From a virus (Duplodnaviria > Caudoviricetes), in IMG/VR virus record IMGVR_UViG_3300032265_000046, positions 1-51,601 of that record: a stretch of 51,601 bases of DNA. One strand, given 5' to 3'. Both the position numbers and the translations under genes were made by a program. Below are positions 36,128 to 45,364 of the stretch, one piece after another; position 1 is the first letter of the stretch, and each line of letters starts with the position of its first letter. Below the pieces are notes generated by a model. The model had not been told where the DNA came from. It did no database searches and worked only from the letters and a program-made list of their open reading frames with translations.

Positions 36128-36397
36128 TTAGAAACCTCCGAAGTTTGTGTATAGATACAGGGTTGAGCCTGTGGGTGATGGAGCAGAAGCCCAAGTTGGT
36201 GAAGCACCTGTTCCCCCAGATGTTAGAACTTGACCAGATGTGCCGTACGCTGGAGAAGAACCGAATCCTACAGCACCTGATGTGTTTAATGTAAGCGCTG
36301 GGGTCGTGCCATTGATTTGAAGTTGTAGAACGCCTGTGGTATCTCCGCTAGAGACTAGAGCCGTTCCGCTTGTGGTTCCTGCTGATATTGAACTCAT
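36128..36397 (-). CDS. Short fibre-segment protein
   Basis: YGTSGQVLTSGGTGASPTW. Confidence 0.65.
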   Translation of the reverse strand: MSSISAGTTSGTALVSSGDTTGVLQLQINGTTPALTLNTSGAVGFGSSPAYGTSGQVLTSGGTGASPTWASAPSPTGSTLYLYTNFGGF

Positions 36398-36400
36398 GTT

Positions 36401-36583
36401 TTACCCCAGTGCGTTAATTTTTGTGGTCAATGCTTGTAACTCTGCAAGCAGTTGTTCTTTTGTCGGTGTGGGAGGTACAGTTTCAGGAACATAAGATGCA
36501 ACATTTGCATCGTGTTCTGCTATTTCTTCCGCAGTCAGATTAATTTGAACGCCATCAATAATTTTATGAAGTGTGATTGACAT
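36401..36583 (-). CDS. Small fibre-associated protein
   Basis: LTAEEIAE...PTKEQLLAELQAL...I.AL. Confidence 0.7.
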   Translation of the reverse strand: MSITLHKIIDGVQINLTAEEIAEHDANVASYVPETVPPTPTKEQLLAELQALTTKINALG

Positions 36584-36585
36584 AA

Positions 36586-37368
36586 TTAAACGTATCCATA
36601 AATATAAATTTGACCAGATGCCCAAGAGCCACTTGAATTTGTAAATTGAACAGAAGTAATTGCCGCTTGTGAATCCCAACCACAACCACCAACAGTTGAA
36701 CCATTAGAACCACTAGGAGGATTGGCTTCTTGGGTTTGAAAAAGAGTATTTTTATAAAAAGATGATTGACAAGAAAAAACTGTCATTGTACCTAAAGAGC
36801 GTTGCGCTACACTTCCACTATTTCCAACTTTTAATTGTATATATGATTGGGCAACAATTTGTGTCCAAGTGCCATTGTCAATATAAGCACCGTTGTAATT
36901 AGCACCCGTATCGTTATTAAAAGTAACTCGAAGCCTTCCATAGGTTGATGTTGTATCTTGTATGGAGGCAAAAACAATGTAAAGACCGTTATATGTGCTT
37001 GGAATAGTTACAGAAACAGTAGTTGTACTAGCAGATAAATTTGTTAAATTAACCAAACTTACAGCACCTGTGCTTGGTGTCACCCAACTTGGCGCACCTG
37101 CACCATTTGTTTGTAGCAATTGACCGCTAGTACCAACCGCAAGCATTTGAGTTGTACCGCTTGCTGATTGATAAGGAATCGTTCCGTTAGAACCACCAGC
37201 AAGGTTTGTAGACGTAGTTGCTGTTGTTGCACTTACAGCATTGCCGCTGGCTGTTGTCAAAACCGTGCCACTTGTTGCAGGCAAAGTCAAGACTGTAGAG
37301 CCAGCAACGGTTGGCGCTTGCAAAGATACCGTGCCTGATGTGTCGCCTGAAATAACTACTGAACTCAT
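36586..37368 (-). CDS. Tail fibre/receptor-binding-like protein
   Basis: MSSVVISGDTSG.V.L.AP.VAG...LTLP..SGT N-terminus and beta-rich C-terminal domain. Confidence 0.7.
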   Translation of the reverse strand: MSSVVISGDTSGTVSLQAPTVAGSTVLTLPATSGTVLTTASGNAVSATTATTSTNLAGGSNGTIPYQSASGTTQMLAVGTSGQLLQTNGAGAPSWVTPSTGAVSLVNLTNLSASTTTVSVTIPSTYNGLYIVFASIQDTTSTYGRLRVTFNNDTGANYNGAYIDNGTWTQIVAQSYIQLKVGNSGSVAQRSLGTMTVFSCQSSFYKNTLFQTQEANPPSGSNGSTVGGCGWDSQAAITSVQFTNSSGSWASGQIYIYGYV

Positions 37369-37377
37369 GTTTTTTCC

Positions 37378-38070
37378 TTATAGAACGACCCAGCGCTGAC
37401 CGCTGGTGACAGTTACACTTTGACCAGAAGCCACAGTAATGGGGCCAACTGACATTGCGTTGTACCCACTTGCCACCGTATAACTTGCCGCTACTGTTGC
37501 ATTATTAACGAAAATGCCGTTTGACGCCACCATTTCAGACGCTTGCAACTCGCCAGTAGAAGGCTTGTACAAAAGTTTTGCGTTACTGGTATACACCGTA
37601 GTTGGCGTGCCACTTGTGGCATTTGAAAACATTGGGTATAGATTTGACGCTGTACTTGTATCGTTGCTGATAGTCGCGCCAGAAACCACCGTTGCCCAAG
37701 ATGTAGTTGTACCGTCTGTAGTAAGGTATTTACCAGTGTTACTAGTTTGGGCTGGAGCCAAAGCATTAAATGCCGCAGTCGCTGTAGTCTGACCCGTACC
37801 ACCATTGGCAATTACCAAAGTACCTGCAACCGTAACAGCACCTGAAGTCGCTGTATTTGGGGTCAATCCAGTCGAGCCAAAAGAAATTGTGTTAGTGGTT
37901 GCAGATGCAGAAGCCAACAAAGTCACTACGCCAGAACTATTCTTGGCGTACAACTTCATGTCATTGATGTTGAGTCCTAACTCGCCATTGGCAAGGTTTC
38001 CAGACGTTGGGACAGCCGAAGCCGTTGTGCTGTAGTACAGCGAAATTGGGGTAAAGCCTGATGCCGCCAT
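37378..38070 (-). CDS. Tail fibre-like protein
   Basis: P...NL.NGELGLN..D.KLY.K N-terminal fibre motif; C-terminal NAMSVGPITVASG.SVTV..G.RWVVL. Confidence 0.7.
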   Translation of the reverse strand: MAASGFTPISLYYSTTASAVPTSGNLANGELGLNINDMKLYAKNSSGVVTLLASASATTNTISFGSTGLTPNTATSGAVTVAGTLVIANGGTGQTTATAAFNALAPAQTSNTGKYLTTDGTTTSWATVVSGATISNDTSTASNLYPMFSNATSGTPTTVYTSNAKLLYKPSTGELQASEMVASNGIFVNNATVAASYTVASGYNAMSVGPITVASGQSVTVTSGQRWVVL

Positions 38071-40484
38071 TAGAATGTTCCTCCAGAAATGCCAACATAA
38101 GAAGTGGCAGTCACAGTCGTAAATGCACCTGTTGATGTTGTTGTTGCACCAATTGATGTACCGTTTATTGTCCCACCAGTAATGGCTACAGCGCCAGCAC
38201 TTTGTGTCGACATTGTTCCTAAACCAGTGATTGCTGTATTAGGAATTGTTGTAGATGCAGTAAATGCGCTTGTTCCGTTACCGTACAAGTAACCAGTCAG
38301 CGTTGTGGCCCCAGAACCACCGTTTACCACTGGAAGGGCTGTACCAGACAAAGTTACAGCCAAAGTGCCACTTGTAGTGATTGGGGAACCAGATACAGAC
38401 AAGAACGTAGGCACGGTCATGGCAACTGAAGTTACCGTACCGCCAGCAGATGGGGTTGCAGAAATAGTGATACCACCAGCCGTATTGCTAATGCTGACGT
38501 TAGTTCCTGCTGTCAGGGTAGACAGAGTAAAACCAGTACCGTTACCAATGTGCAATTGCCCGTTAGTAGGAGTTGCTGTTGTTCCAGTGCCGCCGTAAGC
38601 CACGCCAATTGCTGTACCGTTCCAAGTTCCCGCCGCCAAAGTTCCTACGCCAGTAATACCTGTATAAGAACCGCTCAAGCGACCAGTAGGAAGCGTTCCA
38701 GAGGTAATATTGGATGCGTTGGTAGTATCAGTCGTTGCAGAAGGCGCAAGACCTGATACAGCGCCAGAGGCAATAGCAATTGAAGTATTTGTTACGCCAG
38801 TCAATTGACCTTGTGCGTTTACCGTTAAAACAGGAACTTGAGAGGCAGAACCATAAGTTGCCGCCGTCACCGTTGTATTAGTAATACTAAAAGCGTTACC
38901 AGTAAGGGTTAAACCTGTACCAGCAGTATAGACAGTTGCCGCGCCAAACTGAGTGAATACCAACGCAGTTGTTCCAACAACAATTGGAAGGGCAGTTTGC
39001 TGAACCCAAGATGTATTGGCGTTTACAGTTCCAGCAAGCACCAAAACGTAGTCGCCTTGGTCAATTTCATTGGTTCCAGTGCCAGATGTGTCGTAATCAG
39101 TGGCACGAGTCAACACCCAAGCCGTAGCGCCAGAGCCTACAACGGTTACCGTATAAATGCCGTTATAAGCACCATTGGTCTCATTCTTAACCAAAATACG
39201 ATTACCTACCGCTGGTGTAGAACCATCAATTGACAAGCCAGAAAAAGGTATTATTTTTGTCAGTGTTGCGCCAACACCAGATGCACCATTGTTGTAAAGA
39301 ACAGTGCCAAGGTCTGCGGTAGTTGCATAGTTACAAGCCGCATGGAAGTTGATGCCAGTCGCAATTGAATCCGCATATAACTTGTTGACAATATCGTTAT
39401 CGGTAGCAGGCGCAGTTGTAATTGTTCCAGTCGTCATCGCCACGCTAGTGAAAGTACCAGCCGCAGGAGTGGCTCCGCCGATTACAGAATTGTTAATTGC
39501 TACACCAACAATCGTACCGCCCGTAATTGCAACACTGGTTGCATTCTGGGTAGACATAGTGCCTAACCCAGTAATTGACGTACTTGGTATGGTAGTGCTG
39601 GCAGTCATGGCAGACGTGCCGTTGCCAAACACATAACCAGTCAATGAAGTTGCGCCAGTTCCGCCGTTTGCGACGTTTAAAGTTCCGCCGAGAACTATTG
39701 CACCAGATTGAGCAGAGGAGGGGGTAAAACCTGTCGTGCCTGCGCTAAAGGTTGAAACACCACCAGCCAAAGTAAAGGCATTCCAATTACCTGCGGCATA
39801 TCCGTAAAAAGCACCAGTATCAGTGTTGTAGCGAATCTGTCCAGCCGTACCTATTGGCTGTTGGGCAGTTGTTCCAAGCGGGACAACCATGCCGCTAGTA
39901 CCCGGCATCACAGCGTTGTCAGCCAAAGCAATTGTTGGATTGCCCGCTTGACCATCGCCGTTTGTCAACGTGATTTGATTTGATGTACCAGTAATGGTAC
40001 GAGGATTAATACTTGTGCCACTAATAACGGCAAGCATTCCAGAGCCACTTAGGTTAGCCAAAGTAGCAGGAAGACCGCTCAAGGCTAGTGTTGGGTTGCC
40101 ACCAGTGCCATTGGCGTTAGAAACGCTCAAACCGTTGCCAGAGACCGCGATTGACCGCGAGGCTACCGTGGATGCCGAATCCTTCACAATAATGCCACCA
40201 GCGGCGTTATCGAGGCTTAGGGCGGTATCCGTAAGATTGACTCTAAAGAAGGAGCCTGCGCCACCATCCGTAATAGATAAACCAGTGCCAGCAGTTACAT
40301 AACGGCTGTTGGGTAACGATGTTTGCTGTGTTGCCGTTAAAAACGTCTGAGTCTGAGTAGGCTGGACAGAAATAGCGCCAGTCGTAGTCTGAACTGTCAC
40401 TCCATTTTGGACAATAGGAACAGCCTCTGCGCCTGTTAGAGCACCAGCGGCTGGGAGTTGGGTAATGACGACTTGTGCTGACAT
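38070..40484 (-). CDS. Long tail fibre protein
   Basis: 804 aa; repeated NGGTG(A)T, GLGTMSTQ.A..VAITGG; RILVKNE.....NGIY. Confidence 0.75.
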   Translation of the reverse strand: MSAQVVITQLPAAGALTGAEAVPIVQNGVTVQTTTGAISVQPTQTQTFLTATQQTSLPNSRYVTAGTGLSITDGGAGSFFRVNLTDTALSLDNAAGGIIVKDSASTVASRSIAVSGNGLSVSNANGTGGNPTLALSGLPATLANLSGSGMLAVISGTSINPRTITGTSNQITLTNGDGQAGNPTIALADNAVMPGTSGMVVPLGTTAQQPIGTAGQIRYNTDTGAFYGYAAGNWNAFTLAGGVSTFSAGTTGFTPSSAQSGAIVLGGTLNVANGGTGATSLTGYVFGNGTSAMTASTTIPSTSITGLGTMSTQNATSVAITGGTIVGVAINNSVIGGATPAAGTFTSVAMTTGTITTAPATDNDIVNKLYADSIATGINFHAACNYATTADLGTVLYNNGASGVGATLTKIIPFSGLSIDGSTPAVGNRILVKNETNGAYNGIYTVTVVGSGATAWVLTRATDYDTSGTGTNEIDQGDYVLVLAGTVNANTSWVQQTALPIVVGTTALVFTQFGAATVYTAGTGLTLTGNAFSITNTTVTAATYGSASQVPVLTVNAQGQLTGVTNTSIAIASGAVSGLAPSATTDTTNASNITSGTLPTGRLSGSYTGITGVGTLAAGTWNGTAIGVAYGGTGTTATPTNGQLHIGNGTGFTLSTLTAGTNVSISNTAGGITISATPSAGGTVTSVAMTVPTFLSVSGSPITTSGTLAVTLSGTALPVVNGGSGATTLTGYLYGNGTSAFTASTTIPNTAITGLGTMSTQSAGAVAITGGTINGTSIGATTTSTGAFTTVTATSYVGISGGTF

Positions 40485-40862
40485 TTATGTACTCGTATTG
40501 TCTGGAGGGTTCGGAGCAATTGTGTCTTTGTTTCCAGTGCTTGTAGGAGTCTGAGTGTTCTGCTCCGTAGAAATTTGGAATTGGCTCGAACCATCAAGGT
40601 TTTGACTACCTGTCATCAAGAAGTTGTCATTTGCGGCAACGCTGACATCAGGACGTGGGAATCTAAGATTAATGCGCTCAGTCTTTCTAGCGGGAAGTCG
40701 ATAAGGATCAAGTTGGTCTTTACACCCACGCTCCGCACAGACCCGTAAGCCGGGCGCGTTGGAGTCCGCCACCAATGTCACAAAAGGCACTTTCATCTTG
40801 CACCTATCGCATACCGCAATGGCAACCGATGTCAAACCCATTGTGTCAAGAAAGACTGGCAT
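40485..40862 (-). CDS. Virion-region protein with CxxC motifs
   Basis: IAVCDRC...GLRVC...C.D..DPYRLP. Confidence 0.7.
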   Translation of the reverse strand: MPVFLDTMGLTSVAIAVCDRCKMKVPFVTLVADSNAPGLRVCAERGCKDQLDPYRLPARKTERINLRFPRPDVSVAANDNFLMTGSQNLDGSSQFQISTEQNTQTPTSTGNKDTIAPNPPDNTST

Positions 40863-41935
40863 TATCTTGTGTACACCGAAATGTTAGGGGCAAGGTAGAT
40901 TGGCGACTTATCGCGCTCTTCTGCCTCGGCCTCAGAGTAGAAACGGTCAGCCATCTTCTCAAGGTATAAAGTTCGATCCGATGCTACTTGCGGTAATTCA
41001 AGGCTCATACGGTGAGCCAGCATAAACACAACAGCCTCATACCAGCGTTGTGGGACTTCTAATTCGTCAGTAAGCGCACCAACGTCCATGATCTGGCGCT
41101 GATACCACACCGTCATTTGAATGAACGGATCGCTTGGCGTAGGCCACAAATAAACCGTAGCCTGTGGGATTGTTCGGTCAAACCAAAATTGATAGGGCTG
41201 ATTGGCTGTGAAATTCTTGTTTGGCAGATTGGTGTAGTCGTCACGGTTCAAGCGAGCCATTTGAATCTCGCGGCTGTTATTACCAAAGTACAACTCACGC
41301 AAAGCCAATGTTGTGCCGTTATATGCACGAATGCGGTAGTAGGCGACAGACTCGCCGGGGTCGATGTCAGTCCACACCCACTCATTGTTAGAAACCGCAA
41401 TGGTTCCTAAATCTTGCAACATATTCCATGTTGAATTGTCAGTGGAGTATTCCAGAGCAATTGACCAAGTGGCTGATCCATTACCCGCCACATAGGGTAA
41501 AAAGCCAATAGAGCCAATATAAATGGGGTTGCTAGAGCCAAAATTGACCGCAATATTGCCGTTTGTTGACGTTTGCTGGCAATAAGTATTGACATCGCCG
41601 TCATACACATTTGCCACCACACCGCCTGCTGAGGTGGTATATGCGCCGTTTGGACGGTTTATTGTGCGGTAAAGCACGTTCAAAACGTCAATACAGCCCA
41701 ATGGCATAGAGTAAATGTACTGATCTGCGTTAAGACCAAAGACTTTTTTGCTGATTGCCCAATAATTTATGCCAATGTTGGCAAGATGGGACAGCAAAAA
41801 GAAAAGTGATTGACGAGAAGAAAGAACCTGCTCAGAGGTTAATTCTTCGGCTAACTTTCCACACCGACGTGCGCCGTGGTCTATCAGCGTTTGGACGTTG
41901 ATAACGGTTGTGCCGACGGTTCCTGAGTAAGCCAT
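40862..41935 (-). CDS. Head completion/adaptor-like protein with inserted beta-sandwich
   Basis: RRCG...L...Q....RQSL..LL..LAN.GIN.W N-terminus; LWPTP...Y..QIMDVG C-terminus; central DGD..T...LEYSTDN.TW...YYRIR. Confidence 0.55.
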   Translation of the reverse strand: MAYSGTVGTTVINVQTLIDHGARRCGKLAEELTSEQVLSSRQSLFFLLSHLANIGINYWAISKKVFGLNADQYIYSMPLGCIDVLNVLYRTINRPNGAYTTSAGGVVANVYDGDVNTYCQQTSTNGNIAVNFGSSNPIYIGSIGFLPYVAGNGSATWSIALEYSTDNSTWNMLQDLGTIAVSNNEWVWTDIDPGESVAYYRIRAYNGTTLALRELYFGNNSREIQMARLNRDDYTNLPNKNFTANQPYQFWFDRTIPQATVYLWPTPSDPFIQMTVWYQRQIMDVGALTDELEVPQRWYEAVVFMLAHRMSLELPQVASDRTLYLEKMADRFYSEAEAEERDKSPIYLAPNISVYTR

Positions 41936-41946
41936 TACCTATCCTT

Positions 41947-42201
41947 TTACCAACCGGGGCAGTCCCACCGCTTCAGCGATGCCTTAGCGCGTGGTGCGTC
42001 CCCCTTTGCGTGTTCTACAACGCCGCTCATGCGTGCGCAAAATGAATCTTTTCGAGCGCCACCTTTTGGCTGTGGAGCCTTTAAATGACTCCCAGTTTCA
42101 CGGTTGTATTTTGCCCTACCTTTGGCTGTTAATCCAGCACCTTTTTCAACAGACAACTTTTCACCGCGACCAACTGCAAGACTTACATTCTTCTTGCTCA
42201 T
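41947..42201 (-). CDS. Small basic virion-region protein
   Basis: GLTAKGRAKYNRETGS.LKAP...RKDSFCARM...SLKRW.C. Confidence 0.75.
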   Translation of the reverse strand: MSKKNVSLAVGRGEKLSVEKGAGLTAKGRAKYNRETGSHLKAPQPKGGARKDSFCARMSGVVEHAKGDAPRAKASLKRWDCPGW

Positions 42202-42476
42202 TTTACTTTGGCTGTTTTGGCTGACTCTCGGAAGGCTTCAGCCGTTGGCGCACCTTTGCTACCAACTCGACGCATTTTTTCGCCAGAGCCTTCAGAAATT
42301 CTTTCACGTTTTGCATTAATGTTGTCATACAAGCCGCCTCCTTTAAATTTTTTACCTTTGTCAGCCTCATTAAATTCTTTGCCAACCTTTTGAGGTATAC
42401 CAACTTTTTTAGCAAACGCAGGGTTATGTGCGACCGCCGCCATTAAATTGTGTTGGGCAGGTGATTTGCTTGGCAT
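42198..42476 (-). CDS. Small basic two-module protein
   Basis: MPSKS.AQHNLMAAVAHNP.FAKKVGIPQ, then FKGGG, then GLYDNINAKR.RI..GSGEKMR. Confidence 0.75.
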   Translation of the reverse strand: MPSKSPAQHNLMAAVAHNPAFAKKVGIPQKVGKEFNEADKGKKFKGGGLYDNINAKRERISEGSGEKMRRVGSKGAPTAEAFRESAKTAKVK

Positions 42477-42478
42477 GG

Positions 42479-42898
42479 TTAGATAACAGGATTAACGTAA
42501 TGTTTTTGCATTTCAAGAATGACTGTGTACGCATCACCCGCTCCACCATCTAAAGTAGAAAAGGAAATTGAACCAGTTTTTCCTGCGCCAGCGTTGTTAG
42601 TCAATCCGCCAAAAGAGGAAAAATCTTGCGTATATATGCTATTTTGTGGAATGACTTCAATAACCACAGGAGCGGTAGCAACCCAGTTCATTTGAACCTC
42701 AAGTCCATGCGTCATTGCTGTGCATTTTAAAATGGTTACAGCATCGCAAGCACCACCAGCGTTGGATGGAAGCAAAGTTGAAGGATTGACTTTAACAACA
42801 TTAGCCTCATTCTCTGTAGCGCTCATCGTTGCATAGAACTTCATAATGGCGACTCTTTCGCCATCAAACAATGTTTGTGATGTAGCCGTGATAGCCAT
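42479..42898 (-). CDS. Virion structural protein
   Basis: 139 aa from ATG 42898 with GGAG SD; DFSSFGGL.NNAGAG.TG.I.F.T. Confidence 0.7.
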   Translation of the reverse strand: MAITATSQTLFDGERVAIMKFYATMSATENEANVVKVNPSTLLPSNAGGACDAVTILKCTAMTHGLEVQMNWVATAPVVIEVIPQNSIYTQDFSSFGGLTNNAGAGKTGSISFSTLDGGAGDAYTVILEMQKHYVNPVI

Positions 42899-42910
42899 AT
42901 AAATCTCCAA

Positions 42911-42938
42911 TTAGAAGTGGGAGCCGAAGCCCCCACTC
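42911..42938 (-). terminator. Stem-loop after the basic protein gene
   Basis: AGTGGGGGC-TTCG-GCTCCCACT followed by TCTAATT. Confidence 0.6.
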
Positions 42939-42942
42939 GTTT

Positions 42943-44307
42943 TCAACAAGCGCGTCCGCCGCGTTTCTTTCCTGCTGGCGTAACAGTTACAGACTTTTCA
43001 GTCTGCGTTACAGCACCCGGTGCTTTGTTCGCACGATCTGCCCTTATCTTGTCAGCCATGTATCTACGAGACTCGCCCTCAAACAACTTCTTGCGCTCAT
43101 CGCCCTTGAAGTAACCCTCTGGGTCAAAAGAACGCATAACGTGTTGTCCAAGACTCTTGAGCGGGTCAAGAATCATGTTGCGCATTGACTCGTTTTCTGC
43201 CCTTTCATTGGCATAGTGAGCGTCATACGCGCCATTAGACATATCTTCCATAGGCTGTCCGCCAGATGCCATACGCTTTGGTGAACCATATTTCAGGTTG
43301 CTATCCTTTTTGGCATCTCGCATAGACATAGCATTTTCTGAGGCGTTGTATTTCAACAAACGTGCTTCCGCAGGAGTTGCTCGCCCACCCTTTTTGTAAG
43401 TACCAGCCAGTTGGCTAATCTTTACAGATGAGGGAACGGGCTTATTGCCTTGCGGCATTGCGACGGCGCGACCTGAATCAACAGTTCCCCCCGTCGCGTA
43501 GGCTTTTTTTGAGGTTTTGCCCCCCATTTTGAAACCACCAGCATTACCGTTACGCACACCGCCTGTTACGGCTCTTGAGCGATCTGGTTTTGCCTGATGC
43601 ATCAGCGTAGTGTCATATGAGCCACTTGTAGTCTCTGAAGGAATAGAGCCTCCAGTTGCATAACCGCCAGCATTGGACTTAGCCACGCCACCAGTTGCAT
43701 ACTTAGTTTTTCCACCCTTTTTGAAGCCACCAGCATTCCCGTTCTTTACATCGCCAGTCTTGGCTTTGGAATGATCGGGTTTTGCTTGATGCATCTTGGT
43801 TGTTGGGTAGTTATCCCAACTTTCCTCAGAAGGAATTGAACCGCCAGTAGCGAACTTTTTCATTCCGCCCTTTTTCAGTTTTAATTCCGTTCCTTTGCCA
43901 CCTTTATGCTCTTGCATATCGTGTTGCTTGAACGCCTTCTTGATCATGGCCTTGTCTTGCGCCATATCAGATTTACCGCCCTCCATCATCATCTTGCCGC
44001 CTTTTCTCATCATAGGCATAGCCATTGGGGGGCCTGACGGCGTGACAGCAGGCTTTGCCATCATCGCTTTACGACGCATAGCCATTGAGGGCTTCATAGG
44101 GGTGCGCACAGGAGCGTTAACAGCAGGACGACCCAACAAAGCAGGTGTTCCAGCCATCATGTCCATAGCGCCACCACCCATAGCCATCTTCTTGGCTTTA
44201 GTGGTGCTACCGCCTTTTTTCATTTTGACTGCACCACCTTTTTTGAGTTTTAACTCAACGGTTGGTTCTGTGGTCTCCATCTTGACCATTGGTTTAAATT
44301 GACCCAT
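42943..44307 (-). CDS. Basic K/G/M-rich internal-protein candidate with 14 or more GG motifs
   Basis: 454 aa; repeated LKKGG/MKKGG/FATGG/YATGG; internal ~50-aa duplication; AAGGAG SD. Confidence 0.8.
   Translation of the reverse strand: MGQFKPMVKMETTEPTVELKLKKGGAVKMKKGGSTTKAKKMAMGGGAMDMMAGTPALLGRPAVNAPVRTPMKPSMAMRRKAMMAKPAVTPSGPPMAMPMMRKGGKMMMEGGKSDMAQDKAMIKKAFKQHDMQEHKGGKGTELKLKKGGMKKFATGGSIPSEESWDNYPTTKMHQAKPDHSKAKTGDVKNGNAGGFKKGGKTKYATGGVAKSNAGGYATGGSIPSETTSGSYDTTLMHQAKPDRSRAVTGGVRNGNAGGFKMGGKTSKKAYATGGTVDSGRAVAMPQGNKPVPSSVKISQLAGTYKKGGRATPAEARLLKYNASENAMSMRDAKKDSNLKYGSPKRMASGGQPMEDMSNGAYDAHYANERAENESMRNMILDPLKSLGQHVMRSFDPEGYFKGDERKKLFEGESRRYMADKIRADRANKAPGAVTQTEKSVTVTPAGKKRGGRAC
43460..43525 (-). 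promoter_or_regulatory. Candidate -1 programmed ribosomal frameshift signal
   Basis: G6 run, 9 nt, in-frame A AAA AAA (43510-43504), 5-6 nt, then GC stem (43491-97/43460-66 or 43493-98/43467-72). Confidence 0.5.
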
Positions 44308-44318
44308 GTCAGTCTCCT

Positions 44319-45284
44319 TTAGGCTTGAGTGACACCGAGAGCGCCAACGCGAGTAGCGTTAGGGCCGACAGCGATAGCAGGCAACAAAATTCCAGCCACT
44401 GTACGAACAATACCGTCCGATGCAGTTGCAGGGGTGTAAGTACCACGAACATCACCCGTTGTGGTTGTTGCAACAGCAGTATCTGCGGCTACAAACGTAC
44501 CAGCATCTTGCGCTAGTGTGTTGTTGCTCTTAACGCTGGCAAGGTATGCCACGTTAAACACGCGAACTGGCAAACCAAGAACGTCACTTGTACCAATGAG
44601 GACAGCAGTTGCAGAACCAGCAATCGTTGCTCCAGAAATTTGGAAGAACGCCTTTTTGCCAGTTACAGCAGTACCAGCAGTTGCAACAGTGATAACTTCA
44701 CTCATTGCTTGACCGTAGTAGTCGTAACCACTAACAGTGAAAGCGCGAGCAGTTGTTGAGCAATTGACTTTAACAGCGCGTGGCAAGTCCAACTGAATAA
44801 CAGTTGTACCGTCAGTGCGAACAACAGATTTAGCAGAGGTGCCTGCGGTCAAAGTAACCGCTTGACCAGCAGTTGTTGTTGTTTGCGAAGCGGCGATGTT
44901 GTTAGTCACAGCGGCTTGAGGAATTACGTCCCAAACGTAAATGCGACCAACAGGGCCAACACCCAAATCCATTGGAGATGGATCATCAAATGCAATGTTG
45001 CCGTGTGCAGTCATTGCAGTGCTTGCGGCAGTTACCGATTGGTTAATTGTGTAAGTACCCAAACCACCAGTACCAGTACCAAAGGCAGTGATATAGGTTC
45101 CATCGGTCACGCTTGAACCATCAACATACATACCAACAGCAATTGGTGCGCCTTGACCCAATACAGTAACGGTCAAAGTTGTACCTGACATTGTGCCAGT
45201 AAAGGTTGTGGTGTAAGGGCGAATGCCAGTACCAATAAAGGTCTGGGCAGGGCCTAAGAATAGGTCATCAGAAAATTGTGGCAT
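44319..45284 (-). CDS. Virion structural protein (possible capsid decoration)
   Basis: 321 aa, Thr/Ala/Gly-rich, immediately after the capsid terminator; AAGGAG SD. Confidence 0.65.
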   Translation of the reverse strand: MPQFSDDLFLGPAQTFIGTGIRPYTTTFTGTMSGTTLTVTVLGQGAPIAVGMYVDGSSVTDGTYITAFGTGTGGLGTYTINQSVTAASTAMTAHGNIAFDDPSPMDLGVGPVGRIYVWDVIPQAAVTNNIAASQTTTTAGQAVTLTAGTSAKSVVRTDGTTVIQLDLPRAVKVNCSTTARAFTVSGYDYYGQAMSEVITVATAGTAVTGKKAFFQISGATIAGSATAVLIGTSDVLGLPVRVFNVAYLASVKSNNTLAQDAGTFVAADTAVATTTTGDVRGTYTPATASDGIVRTVAGILLPAIAVGPNATRVGALGVTQA

Positions 45285-45323
45285 TTTGTCTGCTCCTTGA
45301 AAAGTTTGACAAATACAGTTAAC

Positions 45324-45355
45324 AAAAAAGGGGCTGGGTTTTATCCCAACCCCTG
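45324..45355 (-). terminator. Intrinsic terminator after the major capsid gene
   Basis: AGGGGTTGGG-ATAAAA-CCCAGCCCCT followed by TTTTT. Confidence 0.8.
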
Positions 45356-45364
45356 TGGCGGTTT

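Noticed and set aside
32597-40484. Diversity-generating retroelement acting on fibre tips
   Set aside because: No reverse transcriptase ORF and no near-identical template/variable repeat pair with adenine-specific differences was seen.
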